From Bilabrum cf. latius (taxonomy: Eukaryota), in NCBI GenBank assembly GCA_965178125.1, contig OZ237752.1, forward strand, positions 992,001 to 1,056,000: a stretch of 64,000 nucleotides of DNA, given 5' to 3'. Below, one piece after another: positions 50,758 through 61,700 of this stretch; within the stretch, counting starts at the first letter, position 1, and every line of letters begins with the position of its first letter. The notes beneath the pieces were generated by a model. That model was not told the origin of the DNA. It was given only the letters and a program-made list of their open reading frames with translations, and searched no databases. The translations under genes and the position numbers were made by a program.

Positions 50758-53241
50758 TCACCGCCTGCCACCATCGCTGTCGCTCGGCAGCTTCGGGGGC
50801 GGCCGGGGCCCCCTGCCTCCCGCGGTGACGATGGAGGCTGCAGCGACGGCGCACAGCAGCGACACCACGGTGGCGATGTTGTAGGGCATGGCCGTGTCGG
50901 GGGCCGGGGGCTCGACCTGCAGAGGAGGCAGGTGCAGCTGGCCGTGCCACCGGGGTGCTGGTGCGGCCCCTCGGTTTGCATGCGCCTCGCCCCACGACAC
51001 CCTAACTGGAGCCAGGTCGACCCCCCGGTGCAGGTCGGCGGGCAGCCACTCGGAGGCACGGACGGGGAGTCGCACCGGCAGGCGGATGGCTGCGGAGCAC
51101 GTAACCCGCTTGCTTGCGCCACGCGCACCATCAAGTCCCATGCCCGGATTCAAGTCCAGGTCCAGGAGCAGCCAGCCAGATGACACCCCACCATCCTCCC
51201 GCCGAGGCAGCTGCCAGTCTATTGCCACCACCCTGCCGCAAGGGGAAGCAGCCGACGTGTTGCGCCCCCCCTCTGCCCCACCACCCCCCGCCCCCAGCAG
51301 TCGCTCGGCCTCGAATCGCACCTGCAGGTCGCTCGCTAGAAGCTCGAGCATCGGTCCCAGCTGCCACTCGAGCTGCACCCGCACGGGCTTCTCCCCTGCC
51401 CCATAACTCGCTGTCGCCTGCACCGCGTCGACCAGGCCCCCTGTAGGACGGATCCCTTCCGCCCATCTGTGCGCCACCACCTGTTGATTCTCTCTCTCCC
51501 AGCCGCGAGCCACAGATGGTGCTCTTGGCACAGCCTCTGCTTGCTCCTGCCCTGCCCCTGCCCCTGCAGAGCACAGCTCGTACCGCAGGTCCAACGCCCC
51601 ACCTGGCACAGCCCTGTCCTCCTACACGTGTCCACGATCTGGCTGCATCTCTAGAGAAGAAGACGCATCGCATGGTCTCGGCCATACCTCGTCCGCAGCT
51701 CCGTGCAGCCCGCTTGCAAACACGCGAGCATCCCAGGGCACAGCTGCGAACGCACTCGAGCCTCTCACCGCGCACCCGAGCGGTCTCGAGAGGCCGTGCA
51801 TGGCTGCAGTCCGACGAGCCGGCTTCTGCAGTGCTGCCTGCACTGCACTGCAGCTCACACTCCTCCATTTGCCGCCGCCCAAACCACGTCCGGTCCCAGG
51901 CACGTGACCTGCATCGGTCTGGCCCCCGTCGCCCCCTCGCAGCCCCTCAGGCAGCTGCTCCCAGCCCGCGACCCACACCCACACCGCGCCCGCCCACTCG
52001 TCACCCCGAGGGTCCAGAGCGCCCAGGCAGCTCCGGGCATTTCGCGCCCCACCCCCGCTAGGAGTCAGTCCCATCAGCTCCCCCAGACCGACACCCCCCG
52101 GTCTCTCCAGCGCCAGCGCGCCCTCTCTGCCCCCGAGCTCCTGCCCCCACAGGAGCGGCGGCCTGCCAGCACCAGCGCGCGAGGTCCCGTCCACTCCCCT
52201 GGGCACGAGGCCAGCGGGCCCGTCACGCTCGGGGGGATCAGTCCACAGGGAATGCGGGGAGTCGCCAGACTGGAGGTCACCATCTTGATCGTCCCCTGTG
52301 CTTGCCCCACCCTGAACCTGCACCTGCCTGTCCCCCACCGGGGCCTGCACCACGATCCTGCGACCCCTCTTGCCCGGCATACCCGGCGAGACCCATGCCA
52401 GTGAAGAGTCCACCCACACCCAGCGAGTGGCATTGCGAGGCAGTCCACCGGTGGACCCGCGCTCGCCTCCAAGCCGCGCCCCTATGGAAGCTCCTGCCCA
52501 CGGGGAGGCGAGCACAGCGGTGTCAAGTACGGCCTGCAAGGGGCCCGCCCGCATTCCGCATGGTTGTAGCCGGGCCCAGCGGCCCAGCTGTGCAGCACCC
52601 AGCCGAGCCTGGGGCAAGAAACCCCGGGCAATCCAGTCCCAGCCCGAGCCGGATGTTTCGCGAGTGGCTCGCCACGAAGGCCTCAGCAGCATGGACTGCG
52701 AGTGGCGGTCTGCTAGGAGCCCGACCGTGGACCCTAGCGCGGCATCGAGGCGCCCTGCTACATGTGCAAAGTCCGCCGCGATCTCGACACTGGGCAGCTC
52801 AGGCCGCTCGTTTCGCTACCATGTCTTGCCGCCCTTGTGCACAGTTTCGAGCGATGCTCCGGCTGCAGCAGAACATGCGGTGCGTGGTAGTGATTGACTA
52901 CACTATGAACTCCATGCAAATTGGCCCAGCAGCTTTGCTGAAGATCCTCTCGCCATAGCGTGCTCGAGAGAGAGGAGCGAACCAAACGAGAGATGGTCCG
53001 CGATAGCAGATGGAAGCAAGCCCGAATCCGGGCTGCACACACGCCCTCCACGTGACTCTCTACATGAAATACCGGATCCAGCTGACGACAAGAACTCAAG
53101 TACAACTTGCTAGTTCGAATCGTTCGAAGCAGAGGGCTCGATAAAATGTCTAGGAGTTAATACCAAATCTTCTTGGATGTGAACTGCCGCAAGAATGCGG
53201 TAAATACAAGACAATATTATCAAATATACACATGCGCGCAT
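50758..53241 (-). CDS. PIGT: GPI transamidase subunit PIG-T/Gpi16, ~827 aa
   Basis: Signal peptide, [47 protein letters not shown] plus TM helix. One frame with TAG at 53110, 52903, 52816 and 51622; ends TGA. Confidence 0.8.
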
Positions 53242-53339
53242 GCGCTTTAATTGAATGCCGCTGTGCTGCGCGTGAAGAGGGGTTCTTCGTCACACTCAGC
53301 TTGAGGCACTTCCGTTTGGAGCTCCTTCCTCACTCTGCA

Positions 53340-55246
53340 ATGGCAAGAATTGCAGCAGAATGTCCGTATTTGCTTTTAATCTCAATATTTATAAGAATTA
53401 TAGCTGTTATCGCTGGGGAATATATTGATCTAGTCAGTCCCGCACGGAAATACACAGATGTTGACTACGTCGTGTTCACAGATGCGGCAAGACATCTCCA
53501 GGCAGGTGGTTCTGCGTTTGACCGGGCCACGTATCGATATACACCATTAATGTGAGAACGGACTGTCCCGCTGTTGTTGCATTATTCATCCGGTGCCAGC
53601 GATCTTTGCAAACCCCAATCCTCCAGTAGATCTACTTGCCCCGCAGAGCCTGGATGTGTACGCCGAATGTTTGGCTGCATCCTTCGTTTGGTAAATTATT
53701 GTTTGCAATAGCTGACGTTCTGGTTGGAGTGGTGCTTTACGAGCTTATCCGTAAAAGCGGTGGCACTCGGCATCGAGCAGGGTGGTCTGCTGGCGTTTAC
53801 TTGCTCAATCCATTGACAATCAATGTCAGCACTAGGGGAAACTCTGACGCTATAGTTGCGTTACTAGTTCTCGCAGTGCTGTTGGTACTGCAGTTCGGCA
53901 AACAGGCAGTGCACAGCGCAAAGTAGGCTGCAGGCCAGTGGAGTGGCACGATGCATGCTCTGCTAGGTGGGGTCGTGTTAGGGCTAGCTGTCCACCTCAG
54001 AATATACCCAATCATATACGGGCTGCCCGCCGCCATTGATGTCGTAGGGTGGCACGTTATTCCGTTGCACGCGACAGCGCCGAGCTCGGAGGGCGATGCT
54101 CCTCTGATCAAGATAGCGAGCGGAAGCAGCGACGGCGATGGCAGCACTGATAGTGACAGCGATGCCGGCCCATCAATACGATCGAGGCCAAGGGCAATCA
54201 GCAGGGCGCGACAGCCTGGTTGCACGCATGCCACTAGACGGACGAAGGCTGTTGCTACCGTGCCACCGCTGTCGTCAGTGTGGGGCGATGTGCAGATGGA
54301 CCCAGCGGGAGCTGCGAATGCGGCCGTGTTGGCACTGACTATGCGGTGCTGGAGATGGGCCTCTTGCGAATCCCCAACTCGTAGCCACGCTCAAGCGCCC
54401 GCCCTCGATGGAGACCCCCCGTCCCTCGGCGTCGTCGACAGCCTCAGCCCAAGGCTCAGGCTCAGGGACTATTCCAAGAGAGCACCCCTGCGGCTGCTTG
54501 GGCTGGCCCTTGGTGCTTGCCTAGGCAGTCCGCGAGCCTGGTCACTGGTGCTGGGCCTCTTGTGTTCCACAGCTGCCGTTACATGGGGCGCCATGTCCAT
54601 GGATGGGCATCGTGGGCTGGATGCAGCTTATCTGTACCACCTCCGTCGTCAGGACAACAGGCACAACTTCTCGGCGTACTTTTACCCCCTGTACGCGCTG
54701 GCGGGTGCAGGGCACGAAAGTGCGCGGGCGTCTCTAGCGTCGCTTGCGTTTGGTCCCCAGGCCTTGCTGCTGCTGCTGGCGGGGTGCGCTCGTCCAGGAG
54801 ACCCCGGTGCATCGATGCTGCTGCAGACCATAGTGTTCGTGGGGTGGAACAAGGTGTTTACTGCGTAGTACTTTGTGTGGGTGCTGGCGCTGCTGCCGCT
54901 GGAACTGGCACAGTCTAGCTTGGGGTGGGCCTGGCCGTGGGAGCAGGCACGGCCCAGTAATCGGCGCGGAGGTGCTGGGGCATAGGACGGGGAGTGGTCC
55001 TTGTGGAGGTGGGGGGTGGTTGGGGCAGCGTGGGCCGGCTGCGTGGGGCTCTGGCTCTCGCAGGCTGGGCTACTGGAAGACGCTGGGGTGCCAACGTTCA
55101 GGCGGGTGTGGGGGGCAGGGCTGGTGCTCCTGCTGGCGCATGCCTGCATCGCTGCCCTTGTGGCCATAGCTGGGCCCGCACGTGGGAACGGGGGCAGACA
55201 AGAGGCTGTGAACGCCCTTAGTAAGTCGATAGATGTCTTGGAGTAA
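53340..55246 (+). CDS. PIGM: GPI mannosyltransferase I PIG-M/Gpi14; intron 53552-53646
   Basis: [70 protein letters not shown][TAG]YFVW. TAGs at 53924, 54866 and 54983; ends TAA. Confidence 0.93.
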
Positions 55247-55479
55247 TGAATCATAATTTGCTTGCCCTGACTTGAATAATCCAATGCGATTCCGAACACA
55301 GATCGGATCCGGTGGTTCCACCTGCTCCATCCGGGTCAATTGAAGTGAATCAAGCAGAGCACCTGGGCATGGCTGTAGACCAGGCCCTCTTTGGTGCCCG
55401 GGCGATTCACTTCTCAGGTTGAGTCTAGACTCTAGAGCCCACCCGAAGCCCGACCACGAGGATAGATTCTTACTGCCAC

Positions 55480-58400
55480 TCACTCCCCTCCGAAGAGGGC
55501 CCCCCGCACTACCTCGTACAGCGCCTGGGAGCCAGATCGCTCGATGGGAGCCCTCCTCGGGTCAGTAAACTCGGTGCTACCCTCTCCGGCTCCCCCCCAT
55601 TCTACCTCGCTTTCACCCACCGGCAAAAGCGGCTCCTGAAGCTGCGAGTACTGCACGCTAGACGACACCGAGTGCCGACTGCCTGTGCTGCCTCGACCCG
55701 CGCTGCCGCTGCCCGCCGTGGCCCGCCCACTTGCACTTGCATGCTCCGTGCCCCAGCTGCCGGAGCGCTGGCCCACATGCCTCCCGCTGGCGCCATCTAC
55801 TGCTGTCTACTGCGATGCCCCCTTCTCCACGCCTTCTCCTCCTTCGTGGTGCCTTGCCAGCATGCCCTCCATGGAGCCCCGCCCAAGCGACAGCCTACCC
55901 CTGGAGCTCTTTCTCGCCCTTACGGACTGGCCCTCACCAGTATCAGCATCAGCACCAGCACCAGCACCAGCTTCGATGGGGTCTTCCCTGTCCATGCTGT
56001 CCAGCCTCTGCCTGTCATCGTCAGCCCATGCCTATTCGACGACCGGCTTCGCCCGCTGTCCTCCCCCCCCTCCTCTTCCTTTTCGTTCCGCCCCTTTTCC
56101 GTCCTCCTCTCTAATCATCCTGACGCGCCCCTCCTGCATGTCCATCGAGCACCCAGTCAGCCGAGACATGGTGCGCGCCCGCTCCAGACTCATGGACCCC
56201 ACAATCACGATGCCAACCACCACCACCCCGAGACCGACCACGAGCGCACTCAGCAGTGCCACGGAAAGCACCACCACAACGGCACGGAGGTCGTGGGGAG
56301 TGGGCGGCGGGTCCACCACAGCGGCGGGCTCTGCAAGCAGGATGGTGGTCAGAGCGGCGGAGTGCAAAGAGCCCGAGTGCGGCAGGGGACACAGCTCAAG
56401 CCCTGTCTGCGGGTCTGTTGCCGAGTCGAAGGCCGCCGGCATCAGTTGCACCGTCATGTTGGACGCAATCTGGTCTCCTCCCTAACCAGCGGAACCGCTG
56501 CCAGCGCACAGGGCAGAGGCAGTGTCCCTGGCGATCTGACCCTGCAGCGCGCCCAGGTGAGAGGCGTTGGCTCCTCGGAGCGCTGCCCACTGCACACGGA
56601 GCCAGAGAGGCCCGCTGTCACCCAGGCTAGCGTTGAAGGCAGGATCGTTCCTGGCCAGAGAGGCCACCAGCGGCGGGGGCGCGAAGGACCCCGACAGCAG
56701 GGCGTCGGCCACACGCACCCGCCAGGTCTCCGCACGGGGGTTCCCGCGCACTGCACCACCATGCGATGCATCAAGTGGGCGGTTGCCTCGGAGCAGATCC
56801 ACCCGTGGCTGTCCCTGCCCCTACTCTAGCCCCAGCCCCGGCCCCGGCCCCAGTCCCAGCCCCAGGGGCTCCTTGCTCCTCCCCTCCACGTCGTCTCGCA
56901 CCATCCACCCCCACGAGTCTGCCAGGGCCGCCCACTCCCCCCTCCTCTGCATTGGCTCAGTGGACCCTCGCGGGGGAACAAGCAAAGGCATCAGCCCGGC
57001 TGAGGTCACACGCAAGTCCAGCGCAACGGTCAGTTCGTACTTGCTTGCTTGCTACGAGGAGCCACCGTCCCCCCCGGCATCCCCGCCCGTGGTCGCGCCA
57101 GCAGTCCCACCGGCCCCTTGCAGCCCAGCGGGATGAAGCCGGGCCACGCCGTCATAGAATAGTAGGTCGGGCAGCTGCGGGGTAGGGGAGAGGGAGGGGG
57201 AGGGGGCTGGGGCACCCGCTCGCCTGTCGCTCCCGCCTCGCTGCCCACTCTCTTCATGATCATGATCGGGAGACTGGGCATGCAGCAGCTGCATCAGCGC
57301 ATCCCACGCCCCTTTAGCCGCATCGTTGAGCTCCTGCACCTCATCGCCGCCCCCCCACACGGGCCCGGCGGGCAGCTGGCCCCTCTTCCATCGGCTGCTC
57401 CCTCTGCGCCCCTGTGCCCCAGATACACCCACGAATCGCCCAAGCAGCAGCAGCGCGGTGGTTTCATCTGCCCACGCCGCCGCCAGACCCGCGTCTGCCC
57501 TCAGCCACCCCCTCGGCTCCGAGCACTTGAGTGCCGCAGGTACATCGTCCCAGCCGCCCTCTCGGATGAGCTACAGCCCGCAGCCAAGCGCGCACAGCTC
57601 CATGCGCCTCCGGAGGGGGGACAGGGCGGCTCGCTCGGGCCGCTGCAGGGAGGCGACCGGTTCTGGCGGAACTGGGAATGGATGCGGGCACTAGGGATCC
57701 GGACTATTATGCAACTGACGAGCGATAGCAGCCAGGGATCGGCCTTGCGGTGCCGGTAGCAGCGTGGCGTTGACCGTGCCTGGCCCGAGCCCTGGGGTGG
57801 CAGGCAGCGTGGCTTCCCACGGATGCCGGGCTAAAATAGTCCACGGCATCGATCTGATCGTGCTACTGTCAACACCAAGGTATGAATTCATGGCAGGGAC
57901 TGTTCGAAAGTCTCTGGTCCAGCGCAAAGCCCTGCGCGCCGCCGGGAAACACTCATTGTTCAGCGTGGAGAACGCTTGCTTCAGCCAATTTGCCCCACTT
58001 TCGCACCTTGGTGACTCGTTCTACAGTCTACAGCCTGCAAATGCTGCATATGCTGCATACAGGTGGACGAGACATGTACGACCTAGCTTGGGTGGCGCTG
58101 CGAGTGGGCTCAGCGACTAAGCATCCCCGCTTTTCAACGACGAAGCTGGTGGCCAGCTGATAAACGAGCCAGCCAAGGGCTGGTCTGATCCCTACGGCAG
58201 CTTGCAGTATATTACAGCTGGAATTCTGCCAGAGCTGACTTGTGAGTCCGCGACGAGCTAGATAATTTTCAGGGCCGCCGCCCCGGGCTCCATCTCGTTT
58301 ATCTTGTCTCCCGCAACGACCAAAGCCGTCGCGGCATCCAACAGGGCTTCGACATTGTACCCAATGCATACAGATGTCGAATTTGTTGGGCATTCACAGC

Positions 58401-58566
58401 CTACTCTGCTGTTAATCTGCAGGAATCCGGTCAAAGAGGCGGACAAGCTGTCGCTGGCTAGGTGCTTCAATTCGTCTGCCTAACACGTCGTACTCCCACA
58501 GTGACCCGCATTGACTATAGTTAATAGTAAATAATAAACAATAGTTCGCGTAAGATGGTACTGCAT
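55480..58566 (-). CDS. Type I membrane protein of unknown function, ~1028 aa with TAG=Gln
   Basis: Signal peptide MQYHLTRTIVYYLLLTIVNAG; single frame with 12 TAGs and no TAA/TGA until 55480-55482; one long TM segment; cytosolic tail containing YSQLQEPLL. Confidence 0.65.
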
Positions 58567-58739
58567 CGCTGGGATGAGATACATCTGGCCGGCGGAAGAG
58601 AACTCGGCTCCGAGTGCCATCGGCCCGGGGGTCGGTGAGTGCCAGTGGGCACTTGGTTGGGTGGAGGTTTGCCGTGCCACTTCCGAGTGGATAATGCACA
58701 ATACCCATCCCCAGATCGATCGGCAAAGCACCAATCCAA

Positions 58740-61700
58740 TTAGTTGGAGCCCTCCTCACTCCCTTCCACGGCCGAGTCCAGGTCCCTCCCGATGCCAGCC
58801 ACGTACTTGGACTAAATGGCCTCGAAGTCGGCCCGCAGCAGGGCTCGGAAATCAGACAGCTCCTCTTCGAGGTCTTGTTCATCCTCCGCAGCGCCCTCTG
58901 AATCAAAATTAGCACCATCCCCATCCCCAGTACCAGTAGCAGCTCCGGCCACTGCATTTTGCGTGGTCGAGCCTGCTGCTGGTGACACTGCATCCACTCG
59001 CAATGCTGCCTGGCCTTGGACCCCATCACCCTCCTCATCCCTGCTGCCATCACCCGCACTGCCGGCCTGCCCCCCTGCCTCTGCCTCCGCCTCTGGGCCC
59101 TCGTCCTCAACCCCTCGCCCATCCATACCAGCTCCATCGGTGCGTTTGGTGGCAACTATCAGTGCCCCTTGCCCCTCACTCTCCTCCACTCCTTCGTCCT
59201 CCTCCTCCTCCTTCAAGCCACTATCCTTCTACCGCTCCGCCTGCAGCATGCGGACCAGCCGAGAGTTCTCCTCGAGCAGGCTAGAGAAATGACGCCAGGG
59301 AACACCGTGGGAACCCTCTTCCGGACCGAGTCCAGAGCTGGGCGTGTTCCTGCTCCCAAGTACAGCTCCGCCAGCAGCAGGCACATTCGGCTCCCCGGGC
59401 CCACCGCCTCCGCCACCGCCACTAATTCGGTGATCCGAACCAGACTGGTCAGGCGGCGCGGCGCTGCCACCCGCATCACCCGTCGGCTGGGGCCTTCCGG
59501 TTGGCAGGCGCAAGGCGGCCTCCCCGCTGCTTGTGGGCCGTTGTGGCTCTGGATCCCACAGGCCGTCTGCATCAGTTCCGTTGGGTGTGTTCGCTGCGGC
59601 CGCCAAGCTGTTGCTCGAGGACACGGACTGGCCCGGTTGGGACTGCACCTGCACTTGGCTCCCGCCCGCACCTGCACCCGCTCCGTGTGACGCGTGTGTT
59701 CCCTGGGCGAGAGCGAGAGCCGACTGCTCCGTGGCTCGGTCCCCATCGACGGGCCCTGCCCCTGGCGCCTCGTGCCCCTGCGCGCCCATGGCAGCGGCGA
59801 GGGCCTCCGCTGCGCCGCCTGTGATCATCAGCCCGCCCGTGGTGCCTGCCTCTGGCTGGGCTCCTGGCAGCGAGGGAACACGCACGAGGCCGCTCCGGGG
59901 CGAGGCAGGCAGCAGGGCAGACAGGGGCGGCATGGCGCGGCGGGAGGGCGGCGCTGGGTGCAGACCGATGGCGGCGCGCGGCTTGGGTGCTGTATTGTCT
60001 GCCTCCAGGCCTTCTGTTTGGGACTAGGGCCATGCTGCAGGCGGCTCGACTTCCAGGGGTGGCGGGGGGGATGGACCCTGCTTGGCTTCCTTGCCAGTGC
60101 CTGTGCCTGTGCCAGTGCCAGTGCCTGTGCCTGTGCCAGTGCCAGTGCCAGTGCCTGTGCCTGTGCCAGTGCTTGTGCCTGTGCCTGTGCCTGTGCCTGT
60201 CGCACTCGTGCCGCTCCCCTCCGGGCTGGGCTGGTGGCTGGCTGGCGGCGAGCTGAATGGCGACGCGAGCACCTGGCCGGCGGTCCCTGCTGGGCTCGAG
60301 TAGGCCCTGTCACTGCCACTGGTTCTCGGCGCCTCTGTCTCGCTCGTGGGGGCTGGCGGCGCGGCGACCACTAGATCGGAATCGACGTTTGCATCGGGTG
60401 CCGATGCTGCACTCTGCTGCTTGTGCTATCCCGGGGTGGTCTCTTGCGCTGACTCATGCGAGGAGCCATGCACGGGCGAGGAGGATGAGGAGGAGTCCTG
60501 CTCTGATCGTACCGGACCAGCAGCGCCTTCTTGCTTCTACTCTGGCTCTCTGGAGCTCGCCTCGATGCCAATGTGTTCTTCTTCGGCTCGCGCGTCCTCC
60601 CCAGCGGTGTCTTCTCCTGCCGCATCCAGGAAGAGCTGCTGCAGCTCAGCACCGGCATCGTCCTCCGATGCTTGCTGCGTGTCGCGCTCATTATCGCCAT
60701 GATCTGCAGCACCACTGTGCGCTTTGCCATTTTGCATCGAATGAGAGGACAGGCCGACTGATTCGTCCTCTCCACCTCTGGCCGGCTGTTCACCCGATTG
60801 GTCTCCTCTAGTCGCCTCCTCAACCGGCACCTGAGTGCCTTCCTACTCTGTCCTGGCGAGCCGCGCGCAAGCGCTGCTGGGATGCCCTCCGCTGTGCGCA
60901 AGCAGCAAGCGCACCACCCTGACGGATAGCACCGGAGACACCACACCGGGGACATCCTGACCGCTCCCACCTCTCTAGCCTTGTCCCCCACGCCCACCGT
61001 CTTCCAAACTCTCGCCCTCTGGCGTGTAGGCAGACTCAGGCAGAGAGAGTGTCCTGGCCACCGGCAGCCCCCAGCCACCCTATGCCCTGCCGGAAAGCCC
61101 GCCAGCAGAGGGAGAGGACAACGACTCGTACAGCTCCCTGATCTGCTCTGCGAGCTCCTCGGCTGCCCAGAGGGGGCCCCTCCACAGCACGGCCCCGCCC
61201 GCCTCCAGGACCTCCTCCGCTGCCCTGCTCACCGCCTGTGCCCCGCCGGCATCAGGAGCCCCCGTCCAGCCGCACACCAGGGCTGCGTCCTTCTCTAGAG
61301 CGTGCGCCGCCCCGAGGCTCTACTCCGCCATCTGAGCCACCACCCTGGCGACCTGCCTACCTCTCCTTTTCTAAGGGGATGCAACCGGTGGCCCGATTCG
61401 GTTGGTGCTGCCACTGCCAGGGTCTGAATCTTCGCCAACCCGAGGGCCCGTGAAACCTGAGTGTGCTCCCGGCACTAGCCGCGCCGTCACGGCCACCTCG
61501 AGCTTGCCGGGGTTGAGGGCCCGAGCCAGCAAGGAGCCCCCGCTTGCGCTGGCGGCGCGGAGGGCCTGACCACCCCCCCCTACCTTTCTCCCATGCTGCT
61601 GCTTGCCTGCTGCCACTCCTTCTAGACCCACCTCCCAGAGCACGTCCTGGGCCAGGGCGGCACATACCCTACCTGCATCCGCGCACACGCGCACCCCCTT

